Below, piece by piece: positions 18,622 to 28,208 of a stretch of DNA of 64,000 nt (position 1 is the stretch's first letter; every line of letters begins with the position of its first letter). This DNA comes from an uncultured bacterium (GTDB lineage Bacteria; Babelota; Babeliae; Babelales; Vermiphilaceae). The stretch lies in the NCBI GenBank assembly GCA_963702025.1, contig OY969699.1:736001-800000 (forward strand), in the 5' to 3' direction. Made by a program: the position numbers and the translations under genes. The notes below the pieces were generated by a model. It saw only the letters and a program-made list of their open reading frames with translations. It ran no database searches and was not told where the DNA came from.

Positions 18622-20481
18622 TTAGCTAAAGCTATGCATTGTTCTTGGCGTAATTCCCAATAACTCATACACTTCTTCTGCATAGAGCGTCTCTTTTTCA
18701 AGAAGCGCCTGCGCCAGACGATCCAACTTTTGCCTATTTTCAAGCAAAATCTTCTTCGCATCATTATAACAGGTATCCAAAATTGCACGAACTTCTTCAT
18801 CTATCTTTTGGGCAGTACCTTCTGAGTAATTAAAGCCACCATATTGGTTCTGACCATAAATTACCGGACCCACTTTTTCTGACATACCAAAATAGCAGAC
18901 CATTTTACGTGCCAGCTCAGTTGCTTTGATAAAATCACTGTAGCAGCCGGTAGTTACATTCTTATCTTCAAAAACAAGGTCTTCAGCCACACGTCCACCC
19001 ATTGCAACCCGAATAGAGGCAAGGATTTCTCGTTTGGTTTCTTGATACTTATCACGCTCAGGGAGCCACCAGGTTACCCCTAATGCTCTACCCCGCGGGA
19101 TAATGGTAATTTTGTGAAGCGGCTCAGTGTCTTCAGGAAGATTGAGCAACACCAAGGCATGCCCTGCTTCATGAAACGCAGTCAATTTCTTTTCTTCATC
19201 CGACATGAGGATAGTTTTAATCTCTTTACCCACAATTATCTTGTCGCGCGCTTCTTCAAAATCTTTTACAGTGACTGATTCTTGGTTATTTTTTGAAGCA
19301 ATTATAGCCGCTTCATTAATAATATTGGCAAGATCAGCACCAGAAAAACCGGGCGTTCCGCGGGCAACTTTAGAAAGATCAACCGTTTCATCAATTTTTA
19401 CATTTTTAGCATGTAAGCGTAAAATCTGTTCCCTGCTGGTAAGATCAGGGAATGGCACTTCAACGCGTCTATCAAAACGCCCCGGACGCAACAATGCTTT
19501 ATCCAAAACATCAGGGCGATTGGTTGCGGCAAGAACTATAACAGATCCTCCACCGCTCGTTTGAAATCCATCCATCTCAGTAAGAAGTTGGTTCAATGTT
19601 TGTTCACGTTCATCATGCCCGCCACCCTGGCCATGGCCACGATGACGACCGACGGCATCAATTTCATCTATAAAAATAATGCTTGGCGCATGTTTACGCG
19701 CTTGCGCAAATAGATCCCGAACCCGAGAGGCACCAACACCCACAAAAACTTCTATAAAATCGGAACCACTTATACTAAAGAATGGGCAATTTGCTTCCCC
19801 TGCTACTGCTTTTGCAAGCAATGTTTTACCATTTCCCGGCTCACCTACCAGCAATACGCCGCGTGTGATTTTTGCCCCTAATTTGCGGAATTTTTCAGGA
19901 CTCTTAAGAAAATCAACCAGATCCTTAAGCTCTTCTTTTGCTTCAGCAGCACCTGCCACTGAGTTAAAGTTCTCTTTAATGGTCGAAGGCATAAACATTT
20001 TGGCCCGGCTTTTACCCATAGAAAATATATTTCCGGGGCCACTACCGCCATTGCCACCACCTAGATTTTTAGCTTGGCGATAAATGAACCAGCCAACCAA
20101 TAAAAGGCCGCCCAAGGCGATAAGCAACAGGCTCAGGTACCAAACATTAAACTGGTTACCTGAATTTATGACAGTGAATTCAACGTTATGCTCTTTTAAA
20201 AGATCCCAGTCCTTGTTATTTTCAGCAACAATTGTTTCAAACCGGCCGCCATCTTTAAATTTACCATGAACCTCTTGGCCATTAATTTGTACTGCCTGCA
20301 CCTGATTTTGCTCAACTTTGGTTAAAAAGCTTGAATATGGAATTACTACTGTTTGGCGGGTATAATCAGTTAACCATGCAAGTAAAATAACACAGGCAAC
20401 CATAAAACTGGCGCCAATGATCAGGTTTTTAGGGCCACCTTGAAACTGATTCTTTTTTGGATTTTTTGTATTGTTCGACAT
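18622..20481 (-). CDS. ftsH: ATP-dependent zinc metalloprotease FtsH
   Basis: Two TMs, GEPGNGKT, FIDEID, RPGRFDR, HEAGH. Confidence 0.98.
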   Translation of the reverse strand: MSNNTKNPKKNQFQGGPKNLIIGASFMVACVILLAWLTDYTRQTVVIPYSSFLTKVEQNQVQAVQINGQEVHGKFKDGGRFETIVAENNKDWDLLKEHNVEFTVINSGNQFNVWYLSLLLIALGGLLLVGWFIYRQAKNLGGGNGGSGPGNIFSMGKSRAKMFMPSTIKENFNSVAGAAEAKEELKDLVDFLKSPEKFRKLGAKITRGVLLVGEPGNGKTLLAKAVAGEANCPFFSISGSDFIEVFVGVGASRVRDLFAQARKHAPSIIFIDEIDAVGRHRGHGQGGGHDEREQTLNQLLTEMDGFQTSGGGSVIVLAATNRPDVLDKALLRPGRFDRRVEVPFPDLTSREQILRLHAKNVKIDETVDLSKVARGTPGFSGADLANIINEAAIIASKNNQESVTVKDFEEARDKIIVGKEIKTILMSDEEKKLTAFHEAGHALVLLNLPEDTEPLHKITIIPRGRALGVTWWLPERDKYQETKREILASIRVAMGGRVAEDLVFEDKNVTTGCYSDFIKATELARKMVCYFGMSEKVGPVIYGQNQYGGFNYSEGTAQKIDEEVRAILDTCYNDAKKILLENRQKLDRLAQALLEKETLYAEEVYELLGITPRTMHSFS

Positions 20482-20623
20482 CGTCTACCTAATTTTTAAT
20501 ATGTGGAACCAAAATAATTCTATTAGAATAAATTTGCCCATTGGTAGCAATACTGTATTGATTTGGGCAAATTTGGGAATTGTTAACAGTATAGGAAAAA
20601 GAATAAAAGTTGTCGATAGCAAT

Positions 20624-21502
20624 TCATGTATTCTTTCGCTGAGCCTTTGCTCTCACTTCTTGAGGAAGTTCACGCTTTGAATCTAACAGGTCCATGAGTT
20701 CTACATCAAAGTGGTCTGGAAAACATCGGACTATTTCTAAAGGACTAGTAAAGTAATAGCTTTCATCACCACATGCAATGATTCCTTGATAATAGCTTGG
20801 CCTAAAACTAAACTCGGTTGCTTTTTCATACGCGCAAAAGCCCTTTTTTATCAGAGTTGTTATAATGGTGCGCGCATTTTTCTTAATCTGTTCATCAGCA
20901 GCATTGCAAAAGGTGGATAGAGCTATTGAAAGGGGAAAATCATCTGCTGACACATTTTCATTATCCAAAATTACTTTTTTTTCATCTAACATGGTTGCTA
21001 CAAGATCCGGATTATTAAGCCGCACCGCTTCTTCAAGTGGTCGAATGCGGCGATTACTTGATAAATCAAAACTACTGGTAACGGTATCTACCTCCGCACC
21101 CATTTTCACTAAAACTTTTGCATTTTTTATTGCTTTGGATTGCAGCGCCGCCGCTAATAGATTAAAGGTATAGGTAATGGGACACATCATGCGAGATCGA
21201 TTTTCTTGCCAGGTAAAATTGGGGTTTAATGTTTCATCTTTTAGAAAACATTCCAGAACTTCTGCGTATTTTTCATCTTTATAAAGCTTTGCTAAACAGC
21301 GGCCATCATGAGTAGATTCTGCTAAACCAACAGCTTTTGTAATTTTTTCAAAACGTGCTTGTAATTTTTGGTTGTACTTTTCATTTTTTACTTTTGCAAC
21401 TTTTTCAAACGCTGCCTTGAGAGGATCACTCTTATCCATCGCGATTGTTAAGAATGGCATTCCCATAAAAATGATAAGCATTATTTTGTTCATTTCATTC
21501 AT
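20624..21502 (-). CDS. Secreted ankyrin-like repeat protein
   Basis: Signal peptide TIA-MD; LNPN, GAEVD, RPLEEAV degenerate ankyrins. Confidence 0.75.
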   Translation of the reverse strand: MNEMNKIMLIIFMGMPFLTIAMDKSDPLKAAFEKVAKVKNEKYNQKLQARFEKITKAVGLAESTHDGRCLAKLYKDEKYAEVLECFLKDETLNPNFTWQENRSRMMCPITYTFNLLAAALQSKAIKNAKVLVKMGAEVDTVTSSFDLSSNRRIRPLEEAVRLNNPDLVATMLDEKKVILDNENVSADDFPLSIALSTFCNAADEQIKKNARTIITTLIKKGFCAYEKATEFSFRPSYYQGIIACGDESYYFTSPLEIVRCFPDHFDVELMDLLDSKRELPQEVRAKAQRKNT

Positions 21503-21616
21503 ATCATGTTCCCTACTCTTGGATATTCATTATAAATTCCTGACTTTGCAACGTACTCACAACTATCTTGAGCGCTCGTATAAAATTCAAAAACTCACAT
21601 TGAAAAATTAATATTC

Positions 21617-22273
21617 TTAAGGCTTCATTTTACTTTCAAGCATTTGCTGCAACTTTGGATCGGCAGGCATAGAAAAATCGGTTATCAGTTTAAGATCAGC
21701 TTTTGCATCGAGCAATCGTTGTATTATCTGATAATATGGTTCCTTTTCCTGTTCGTCAGACAAAGTACATCGTGCAATAGCGCAGCTGAGTGGGTTAAGA
21801 ATGCGAGATCTATTTGGTTCAGCTTTATGTTTCAGTAAGCTATCAACCATTGCCACATTACCATCGTGAGCCGCAATAGCCAATGGCGGCCAATGTGCGG
21901 CACAGCCCGCTGCTACAACACCCGCATTATTGGGATTTGCACCACCTTCGATTAACACCGATGCATTCTCATAGGCTTTACTATGTAATGCAGTTGTTAG
22001 TAGATACAACACTGAATCTGCCGTTGTTCCCCCTTCAGTCCATGAGGTGTCAGGATCAAGCAATTTTTTTTGCAATACCTCTTGCAATATGGAAACATAT
22101 TTTTTTTGCGTGCAAAGTGCTTTAATGATGGTAATACCGTATGGATTTTGAGCTAACGACTTTGAATTTATCTGTTCCGTGCGCCCTAACAAATAGGCTG
22201 TATCTATTTCGGTTTGCATGGCATTCATGCCATTTATCAAAAAGCTTGTGAACAGTAACAAGAAAACTCTCAT
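21617..22273 (-). CDS. Secreted ankyrin repeat protein
   Basis: GANPN, PPLAIAA..GNVAMVDSLL; signal MNA-MQ. Confidence 0.8.
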   Translation of the reverse strand: MRVFLLLFTSFLINGMNAMQTEIDTAYLLGRTEQINSKSLAQNPYGITIIKALCTQKKYVSILQEVLQKKLLDPDTSWTEGGTTADSVLYLLTTALHSKAYENASVLIEGGANPNNAGVVAAGCAAHWPPLAIAAHDGNVAMVDSLLKHKAEPNRSRILNPLSCAIARCTLSDEQEKEPYYQIIQRLLDAKADLKLITDFSMPADPKLQQMLESKMKP

Positions 22274-22290
22274 AAAAATCCTTTATATTC

Positions 22291-23064
22291 TTATTTCATA
22301 TCATCTTTTTGTTGCATAGTTTCAAACAACTGCACCACTTCCTCCGCACCTTTTTCTTTGGCTAATTCAAAACTTGTTTTTTTGCCGTCCAGTTCACTGC
22401 TGCGAGCATCAGGATCTGCCCCATGTTGAGTGAGCAAACGGATAATGTTAAATGAATTTTTTTTTCTATCCTTGACCTCGGCTAACCACTTTGAATCGTT
22501 CCGGAATTTAGCTTTTGCTTCACTTTCTAACTCCAGACTATAAAGGTACACCGCATAGACAAGAGGCCTGCGATAAGCCAAGAGCAAATTAAAATCGGCA
22601 TTATACTTGCCCAGCAGTTCCACCATTTTACAGTCTTGTTCTCCAATTGCATAAAAGATTGGATAATAACTATGTCCAAAGAAATCAGGGGTCCCGGGAT
22701 TTGCAGTTACGTTAACGTCTGCGCCATAGCGCAAGAGTAATTCCGTTTGTTTATATTTATCATTACATACACATGCGTGCAATAAGCGCGCTTCATCATA
22801 GCGCTCCGTATTTTTCCAGCGGTAATTGGGATCGAGTTTTTTCTTTTCCAAAAGATATGCAAAAAGTGGCACATATTCATCAAGAAGAATATCATGAAAT
22901 AGCTGCCGTTCTTTAAAATTACCCGCATAGTAATTGGTTACCATTTCAGTAATCTCATTAGTTTTTCGCTCTTTAATTTCATGTACAATCTTTACCACAT
23001 CTCCACGCGTCATGGCCCAAGAAGATACACTTAAGAAGCACAGTAGAAAAAAAATAGGTTTCAT
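22291..23064 (-). CDS. Secreted ankyrin repeat protein
   Basis: LLLRYGADVN, HGADPD; signal SWA-MT. Confidence 0.8.
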   Translation of the reverse strand: MKPIFFLLCFLSVSSWAMTRGDVVKIVHEIKERKTNEITEMVTNYYAGNFKERQLFHDILLDEYVPLFAYLLEKKKLDPNYRWKNTERYDEARLLHACVCNDKYKQTELLLRYGADVNVTANPGTPDFFGHSYYPIFYAIGEQDCKMVELLGKYNADFNLLLAYRRPLVYAVYLYSLELESEAKAKFRNDSKWLAEVKDRKKNSFNIIRLLTQHGADPDARSSELDGKKTSFELAKEKGAEEVVQLFETMQQKDDMK

Positions 23065-23073
23065 ATTGATCCT

Positions 23074-24345
23074 TTACAATACTACGCAACCGCTTTTAGT
23101 TTGATCAGCCGATTGCACAGATGAAGCTCGAAGAGATTCGTTAAAATTTTCTTCTATGAATTTTCTATTAAGTTCTTCTAATTCCTCTTTAGATACACCC
23201 CATCGATTAGGATCATCTTCTTTTTCCTTATTTGCCGATTGCACAAGTGTCTTAATCAGTGCCGCTTTTTTAAAATCACCCTGAGGAATATCCCACAATG
23301 TTAATTCTTCATTGCCACTGAGCGCCTGAATTTGCGTAGCATCTTTATTAAACTGCAATGAATAGATCAACGGAATTGCACCACCGGAAAATGCCAAAAC
23401 AGAATGCGGCTCATTTTTATTGTTCGGATCAGCAAAGCCAATGCTACTACTGTCCTCTGCCTCAATGGCCATTAATAATGTTTTATCATCAGGACTATAG
23501 CTGAGCCAATCAGATTCAAATCCTGCTTTCCCGCTACAATCATACTTACTCAACCATTGACCAAAGGCATTCATCACCACGGTATTTTTTCCCGTAGCTG
23601 GATCGTAAAGGTAAATGCGATTTTTTGTGGTGCCGGCAGCAATTTGTGTGCCGGCATGATTAAAGGCAACAGGGTTGCTTCCCCATCCACCAAGATTAAT
23701 AGGATCTGAAGGGTTTATAATTATTTGATACTTACCAGCGGCAAAATCCCATATTTTAATGCATTTCTCATTAAACACTGCGAACGATTTACCACTCGGA
23801 TGATAATGGCCCCCCGAAATACCTTCGTCACTTGGAAATTCGGTAATTTTTTGGCCGGAAATGGTGTCCCAAATAATATTCGAATTAGTAAATGCTGGAT
23901 TTGCCACGCCAGCAATTTCATTATTATTCTTCGGATTGTATTCTGCCCAACAATAGTTGCCTTCAAATCTCTGAGTATTTTGACCAGTTTCAACATTGAA
24001 TAAATTTACCCCATCAAAAAATCCGGCAATAATCGTTCCATCATAATTATAGGTTGCGCCAATACAGGAGCTTACCATTTTAATCTTGCATTCACTTTGA
24101 TACGGTGCAGCAGTATTCCATATTTCTATATAATTCCCTTCTGTAGCTGCCACCATTTTACCATCCGGTGAATAACAGGAAGCAAGAACTACTTTATTGT
24201 TTTTATCTTTTATTAACTCGGCAACTTCATGCGGCTTTTTCCATCCGACTTTTTTAATAAGAATATCTTTGGCTTTTACTTGCTCCATACCAAAAAACGG
24301 AATAACCCAAAGAATGCCTATTAAAAAATTGAAGATTAACCGCAT
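23074..24345 (-). CDS. Secreted WD40 beta-propeller protein ending in CaaX (CVVL)
   Basis: YSPDG, IKIWD, LTLWD repeats; likely start MRLIFN at 24345 with GGAG RBS. Confidence 0.85.
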   Translation of the reverse strand: MRLIFNFLIGILWVIPFFGMEQVKAKDILIKKVGWKKPHEVAELIKDKNNKVVLASCYSPDGKMVAATEGNYIEIWNTAAPYQSECKIKMVSSCIGATYNYDGTIIAGFFDGVNLFNVETGQNTQRFEGNYCWAEYNPKNNNEIAGVANPAFTNSNIIWDTISGQKITEFPSDEGISGGHYHPSGKSFAVFNEKCIKIWDFAAGKYQIIINPSDPINLGGWGSNPVAFNHAGTQIAAGTTKNRIYLYDPATGKNTVVMNAFGQWLSKYDCSGKAGFESDWLSYSPDDKTLLMAIEAEDSSSIGFADPNNKNEPHSVLAFSGGAIPLIYSLQFNKDATQIQALSGNEELTLWDIPQGDFKKAALIKTLVQSANKEKEDDPNRWGVSKEELEELNRKFIEENFNESLRASSVQSADQTKSGCVVL

Positions 24346-24430
24346 TCTATTCTCCTTAAAAAATAGCAATAAAAAAACTCCCGCACACTCTACCATTGGC
24401 AACCAAGAAAGACAAGTACGGGGGCATGAA

Positions 24431-25726
24431 TCACACAATGACCGGAAATTCATCAAACATACCCGACCAGCTTGGGGAGGTGCAGTTATCATGTTGACCG
24501 GTGAGATAGCGATAATCACCTGTTATGGTATTAAAAAGCGCAATGCGGCTTGTTTTACCGGCATCAACGGAACATAATAAATAAGTGCCGCATGGCGACC
24601 AGACGCATTCTTCTTTTTGCGCTGTATCATGTGATAATTGCCGATGCGTTTTGCTGGCAACATCATATGCACAAAGTTGCATAACGCCACTAACCATTTT
24701 AGCATAGCCGAGCTGTTTTTTTACCGGACAATAAGTCGGTGAAACACAAAATCCATCAGGAGTAATCCGTTCAATCTGGTTTGTTGCTAAATTATAGGAA
24801 TATATTAATGGTTTTCCCGTTTCAAAATCAGAGCTAAAATAAAGAATCTCAGCATCAGCAAAAACCGGCGCAAAATTATTGCCTTCATTGTGAGTTAACC
24901 GTTTTAATTTTTTGTTTGACCATTGATACAGTTGACAGTTGCCTGATCCTCGCGTCGCACAATAAATGACTGATCTGCCATCAGAAGAAAATGTCGGCAA
25001 CATATTAAGACCATCAAAATTTGAAGCAACAATTCTTTTTTTATGCATATCAACGGCAAGCATACGCATGTTGGTATTGGTATTTTCAGAATAGAAAACC
25101 AATGGCCTTTTAGGATCATTATTCCAGCGGGGAGAGACGTTAATAGTCGCCGTGTCAACAAGCACTTCTTCATTACTGCCATCATAATCGGCCATGCAAA
25201 TGGCAGTAAAATGGCGTCCATTTTTTTGTGGAATTTCTTTCACGTATGCGATTTTGGTTGAAAAAAATCCGGGTTGGTTATGCAACGTTTCGTACAATGA
25301 ATCAGCTACTGCATATGCCCAGCCACGCGGGGCATCTCCCCGTTTTGCAATCCGTTTTCCTTTATTGGTGATACGCTTTGGCCAGCTTATATCGCATAGT
25401 CGCCAGTGCATATGCTGCGGACAATTTTCAATAAAAATCGCATATAAAAAACCTTTTTTATTCAGTTCAACTAATTCTGGAACAGTCAGAATATCTGGCA
25501 CTATTTCCATGGTCACTGCACATTGACCGGTAAATTCAAGCGCCTTTTTAATCAAATCGCCGCATATACAATCAGCATCCGTTTTTCCCTGAACGCCTAA
25601 AAAAATTGCTATTTTTTCTTGCTGTTGAGCAATAACGGGTATGCTGAGCTGCAGTTGGTCATCCGCTAATAATGGCGACAAGAAAAAAATTAAAACAACG
25701 AACCAGCTGCGTATATCATCGAACAT
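24431..25726 (-). CDS. tolB: TolB-like beta-propeller protein
   Basis: FSTKIAYV, ADYDG, PD40 repeats (PTFSSDG, WSPCG, SPSWS). Confidence 0.88.
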   Translation of the reverse strand: MFDDIRSWFVVLIFFLSPLLADDQLQLSIPVIAQQQEKIAIFLGVQGKTDADCICGDLIKKALEFTGQCAVTMEIVPDILTVPELVELNKKGFLYAIFIENCPQHMHWRLCDISWPKRITNKGKRIAKRGDAPRGWAYAVADSLYETLHNQPGFFSTKIAYVKEIPQKNGRHFTAICMADYDGSNEEVLVDTATINVSPRWNNDPKRPLVFYSENTNTNMRMLAVDMHKKRIVASNFDGLNMLPTFSSDGRSVIYCATRGSGNCQLYQWSNKKLKRLTHNEGNNFAPVFADAEILYFSSDFETGKPLIYSYNLATNQIERITPDGFCVSPTYCPVKKQLGYAKMVSGVMQLCAYDVASKTHRQLSHDTAQKEECVWSPCGTYLLCSVDAGKTSRIALFNTITGDYRYLTGQHDNCTSPSWSGMFDEFPVIV

Positions 25727-25736
25727 AGTATTTCCA

Positions 25737-26606
25737 TCATGGTTTAAACGTTATGCGTAATGTTTTGCCATACGCCCACTGAGGCGGCGTTAAATGCGAA
25801 GCTGCTTTGCGAGCGGCACTATCAAATACTAATACTCCCGAAGATTGTTCCACATCCAAATCGGTTATCGAGCCATCAAATCCAATGCTGATCTTTATAG
25901 TACAGGCGCTCTCTTTAGGCATGCCGGGCGGCGGGCTCCAATGCTGCGCCATTTCTTGTTGAATGTATTCCTGTAATTGCAAAGCTTCCATCTCTTCCCG
26001 ACCAACATATACCACTTCCTGGCCAGCTGCATCAAGAGCATTCTGAGCGACGGGCGGTACGACCGGTTCAGATTGTTGGCTTGGGGAGGGGTTTGGTTTT
26101 ATTGGGTCTTCTTTTACCGTGGGCTCAATTATTTTTGGTTGTTGTTTTACCGGTTCTGGTTTTTGCTTTACGGCGCTTTGTTTTTTCGTGGAAGAAGTTG
26201 CGGCTTTTTTAACTTTTTGTTCTTTTTTTGCTTTTGCATTTTTCTTTGTTTTTTTAGGGGGTACCACACCAATAGTGGTTCCTTTTTTTTCATGGCGAAT
26301 ACCGGCTTCTTTTACCGATTCATCCGATTTTGCGACGGTCTGGACACCACCACTCGATGAGCTAGTATTTTTTTTATTGCTCACTGGTTGTTGCTTGATT
26401 GATTTATACAGCGGCATAAAGACAACCGGCACATCGGTATCAATCATTGTGCTGGTAACTATAACCGAATACACCGTTGAACCTTTATAGATAAATAAAA
26501 GGGAAAATAATCCAAACAGATGGAAGAGGCCCGAGATAGCAAGAATTTTTCTCCCCAATGGCAGATCTTTAAGCAGCTTTAGCCGTAGCCAGTGCAACAC
26601 GATCAA
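25737..26606 (-). CDS. TolA/TonB-like protein
   Basis: N-terminal TM with SxxxH, K/P-rich linker, TonB_2 C-terminus (WSPP...SSG...FDSAA). Confidence 0.8.
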   Translation of the reverse strand: MIVLHWLRLKLLKDLPLGRKILAISGLFHLFGLFSLLFIYKGSTVYSVIVTSTMIDTDVPVVFMPLYKSIKQQPVSNKKNTSSSSGGVQTVAKSDESVKEAGIRHEKKGTTIGVVPPKKTKKNAKAKKEQKVKKAATSSTKKQSAVKQKPEPVKQQPKIIEPTVKEDPIKPNPSPSQQSEPVVPPVAQNALDAAGQEVVYVGREEMEALQLQEYIQQEMAQHWSPPPGMPKESACTIKISIGFDGSITDLDVEQSSGVLVFDSAARKAASHLTPPQWAYGKTLRITFKP

Positions 26607-26991
26607 CGCCCCCTACCAGTTTTACCTCTTCAACAAGACCGATGATTTCTTTATAGGCCACATCCCCATCACCTTTTACAAAAACCGTTTTATTTTTTTG
26701 ACCCACCATTTTCTTTTTTAACTGGCTCATCATCTGATCATGACTCAATTGTGCACCGTTTAAAAAGTAATTGTGCTGCTTATCAATATGAATTACTAGA
26801 TCTTCTTGCAACCCTTGCGCCTCCTGCAACTTTCCTTTTGGCAAATCAATTTTGATTGCATTGTTAAGAAGAGGGGAAGTGACCATAAAAATTACCAATA
26901 GCGTCAATGCTGTATCGATAAGCGGCGTGAGAGTAATTTCTGGTATCATTACTGCAGAGCGACGTTTATGTCGCCGATACATTCGTGACAT
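26569..26991 (-). CDS. tolR: TolR/ExbD biopolymer transport protein
   Basis: ITLTPLIDTALTLLVIFMVTSP. Confidence 0.9.
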   Translation of the reverse strand: MSRMYRRHKRRSAVMIPEITLTPLIDTALTLLVIFMVTSPLLNNAIKIDLPKGKLQEAQGLQEDLVIHIDKQHNYFLNGAQLSHDQMMSQLKKKMVGQKNKTVFVKGDGDVAYKEIIGLVEEVKLVGGVDRVALATAKAA

Positions 26992-27001
26992 ACAAGTCTC
27001 C

Positions 27002-27690
27002 TTATTGATGAATCAGGCGATGGGCAATTGCATAAAATTTATCGGCTAATGCCGCGCATCGTTGTTCAACCGATCGTAACAGAGTATTTAAATAAACAAA
27101 CATAACCAGTGCCGGTATGGCAACCATTAAACCCGCCAAGGTGGTTATTAATGCTTCGGCAATACCGGGCGCTACCGTTGCAATGTCGGCCGATTGTTTT
27201 TGGCTTATACTAATAAAAGCATGGACTAAGCCCCACACAGTCCCGAATAACCCAAGCAAGGGAGAAACTGCTGCCGTTGCTGAAAGAAAAGGCATATTGC
27301 TCTCTTCTTGCGCAACTAAATCATCGATCACTTGATATGAATTTTCTCGTAATAGTTCACGTTCGTCGGCAGTTAACCCGATTCTTCCTTGTAATTTAGC
27401 TGTTTCTAATAATGATTTTAAAAACATAAGATTGCGATTGATAAAATAACCACCGGCAGTAGTGTTCAAGCGATACCCAAGCGCTAGAAGATCATCAAAA
27501 CTTTGCACGTTTCCTAATTGATTAAGCGCAGCATCTAGTTCTTTTTTTTCTTCCGGATCATAATTAATTTATAAAAGAAGACTGCCCAGGAAGTAATAGA
27601 AAGCACTAAAAGAATTAATAATACCGCTTTTGAAATCGCATCTGATTGCGCTATCAATTGCCATAAAGCATTTCCCGTAAATAATGACAT
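27002..27690 (-). CDS. tolQ: TolQ/ExbB proton channel, frameshifted at A8 run (27542-27549)
   Basis: 5' part MSLFTGNALWQLIAQSD...SITSWAVF from 27690; 3' part SPLLGLFGTVWG, VAPGIAEALITT in the -1 frame. Confidence 0.85.
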
Positions 27691-27857
27691 AGTAAATCCC
27701 TTTTTAAAGCAATTTTTTGTTTACATAAAGTGTATCAGAGCAGACTTTTTATTTAAATGGTATTTTATTAAGAATTTTTTTTACATTGCTATCTGCGACA
27801 ATTTTAATGTATTATGAAGCAATACCAAAGATGAACAAAAAAATTGGAGAATATAAA

Positions 27858-27959
27858 ATGCCAGTTCAACTCAAAGCAATTTTGTGTATTATATTTCCGC
27901 CCTATCTGATTTATAAAATTATTTTATTTGCACACAAGCGATATAATTTTCTTGATTAA
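27858..27959 (+). CDS. Small hydrophobic protein (33 aa)
   Basis: MPVQLKAILCIIFPPYLIYKIILFAHKRYNFLD; GGAG RBS; TTGCTA/TATTAT promoter-like upstream. Confidence 0.45.
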   Translation: MPVQLKAILCIIFPPYLIYKIILFAHKRYNFLD

Positions 27960-27973
27960 CATTACTTAACGTT

Positions 27974-28200
27974 AATTTGAGCTAAGAATTTGTAAAAGTT
28001 ATCATAAAACCCGCTCGTGGTGAGTGCAGCCGCAGGCTGCGTATCGAACCATGCGGGTTTAATAAAATTTCTTTTCGCTGACAATTTTAAAGAGTTCAGC
28101 TCTTTTAATATTAGGCCGCATGGTTCGATACGCTCGCTATGCTCGCACTCACCACGAGCGGCCTTTTTCAATTTGTGACTCCAGTTTCTTAGCTCTAATT
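27974..28200. mobile_element. MITE-like element with terminal inverted repeats and two inverted palindromic units
   Basis: GAGCTAAGAA (27979) / TTCTTAGCTC (28186); internal inverted CCGCTCGTGGTGAG...GTATCGAACCATGCGG pair. Confidence 0.65.
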
Positions 28201-28208
28201 CGTGTTAC

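Noticed and set aside
24346..24519. N-terminal extension of the WD40 ORF
   Set aside because: Overlaps tolB; a better start with RBS and signal peptide lies at 24345
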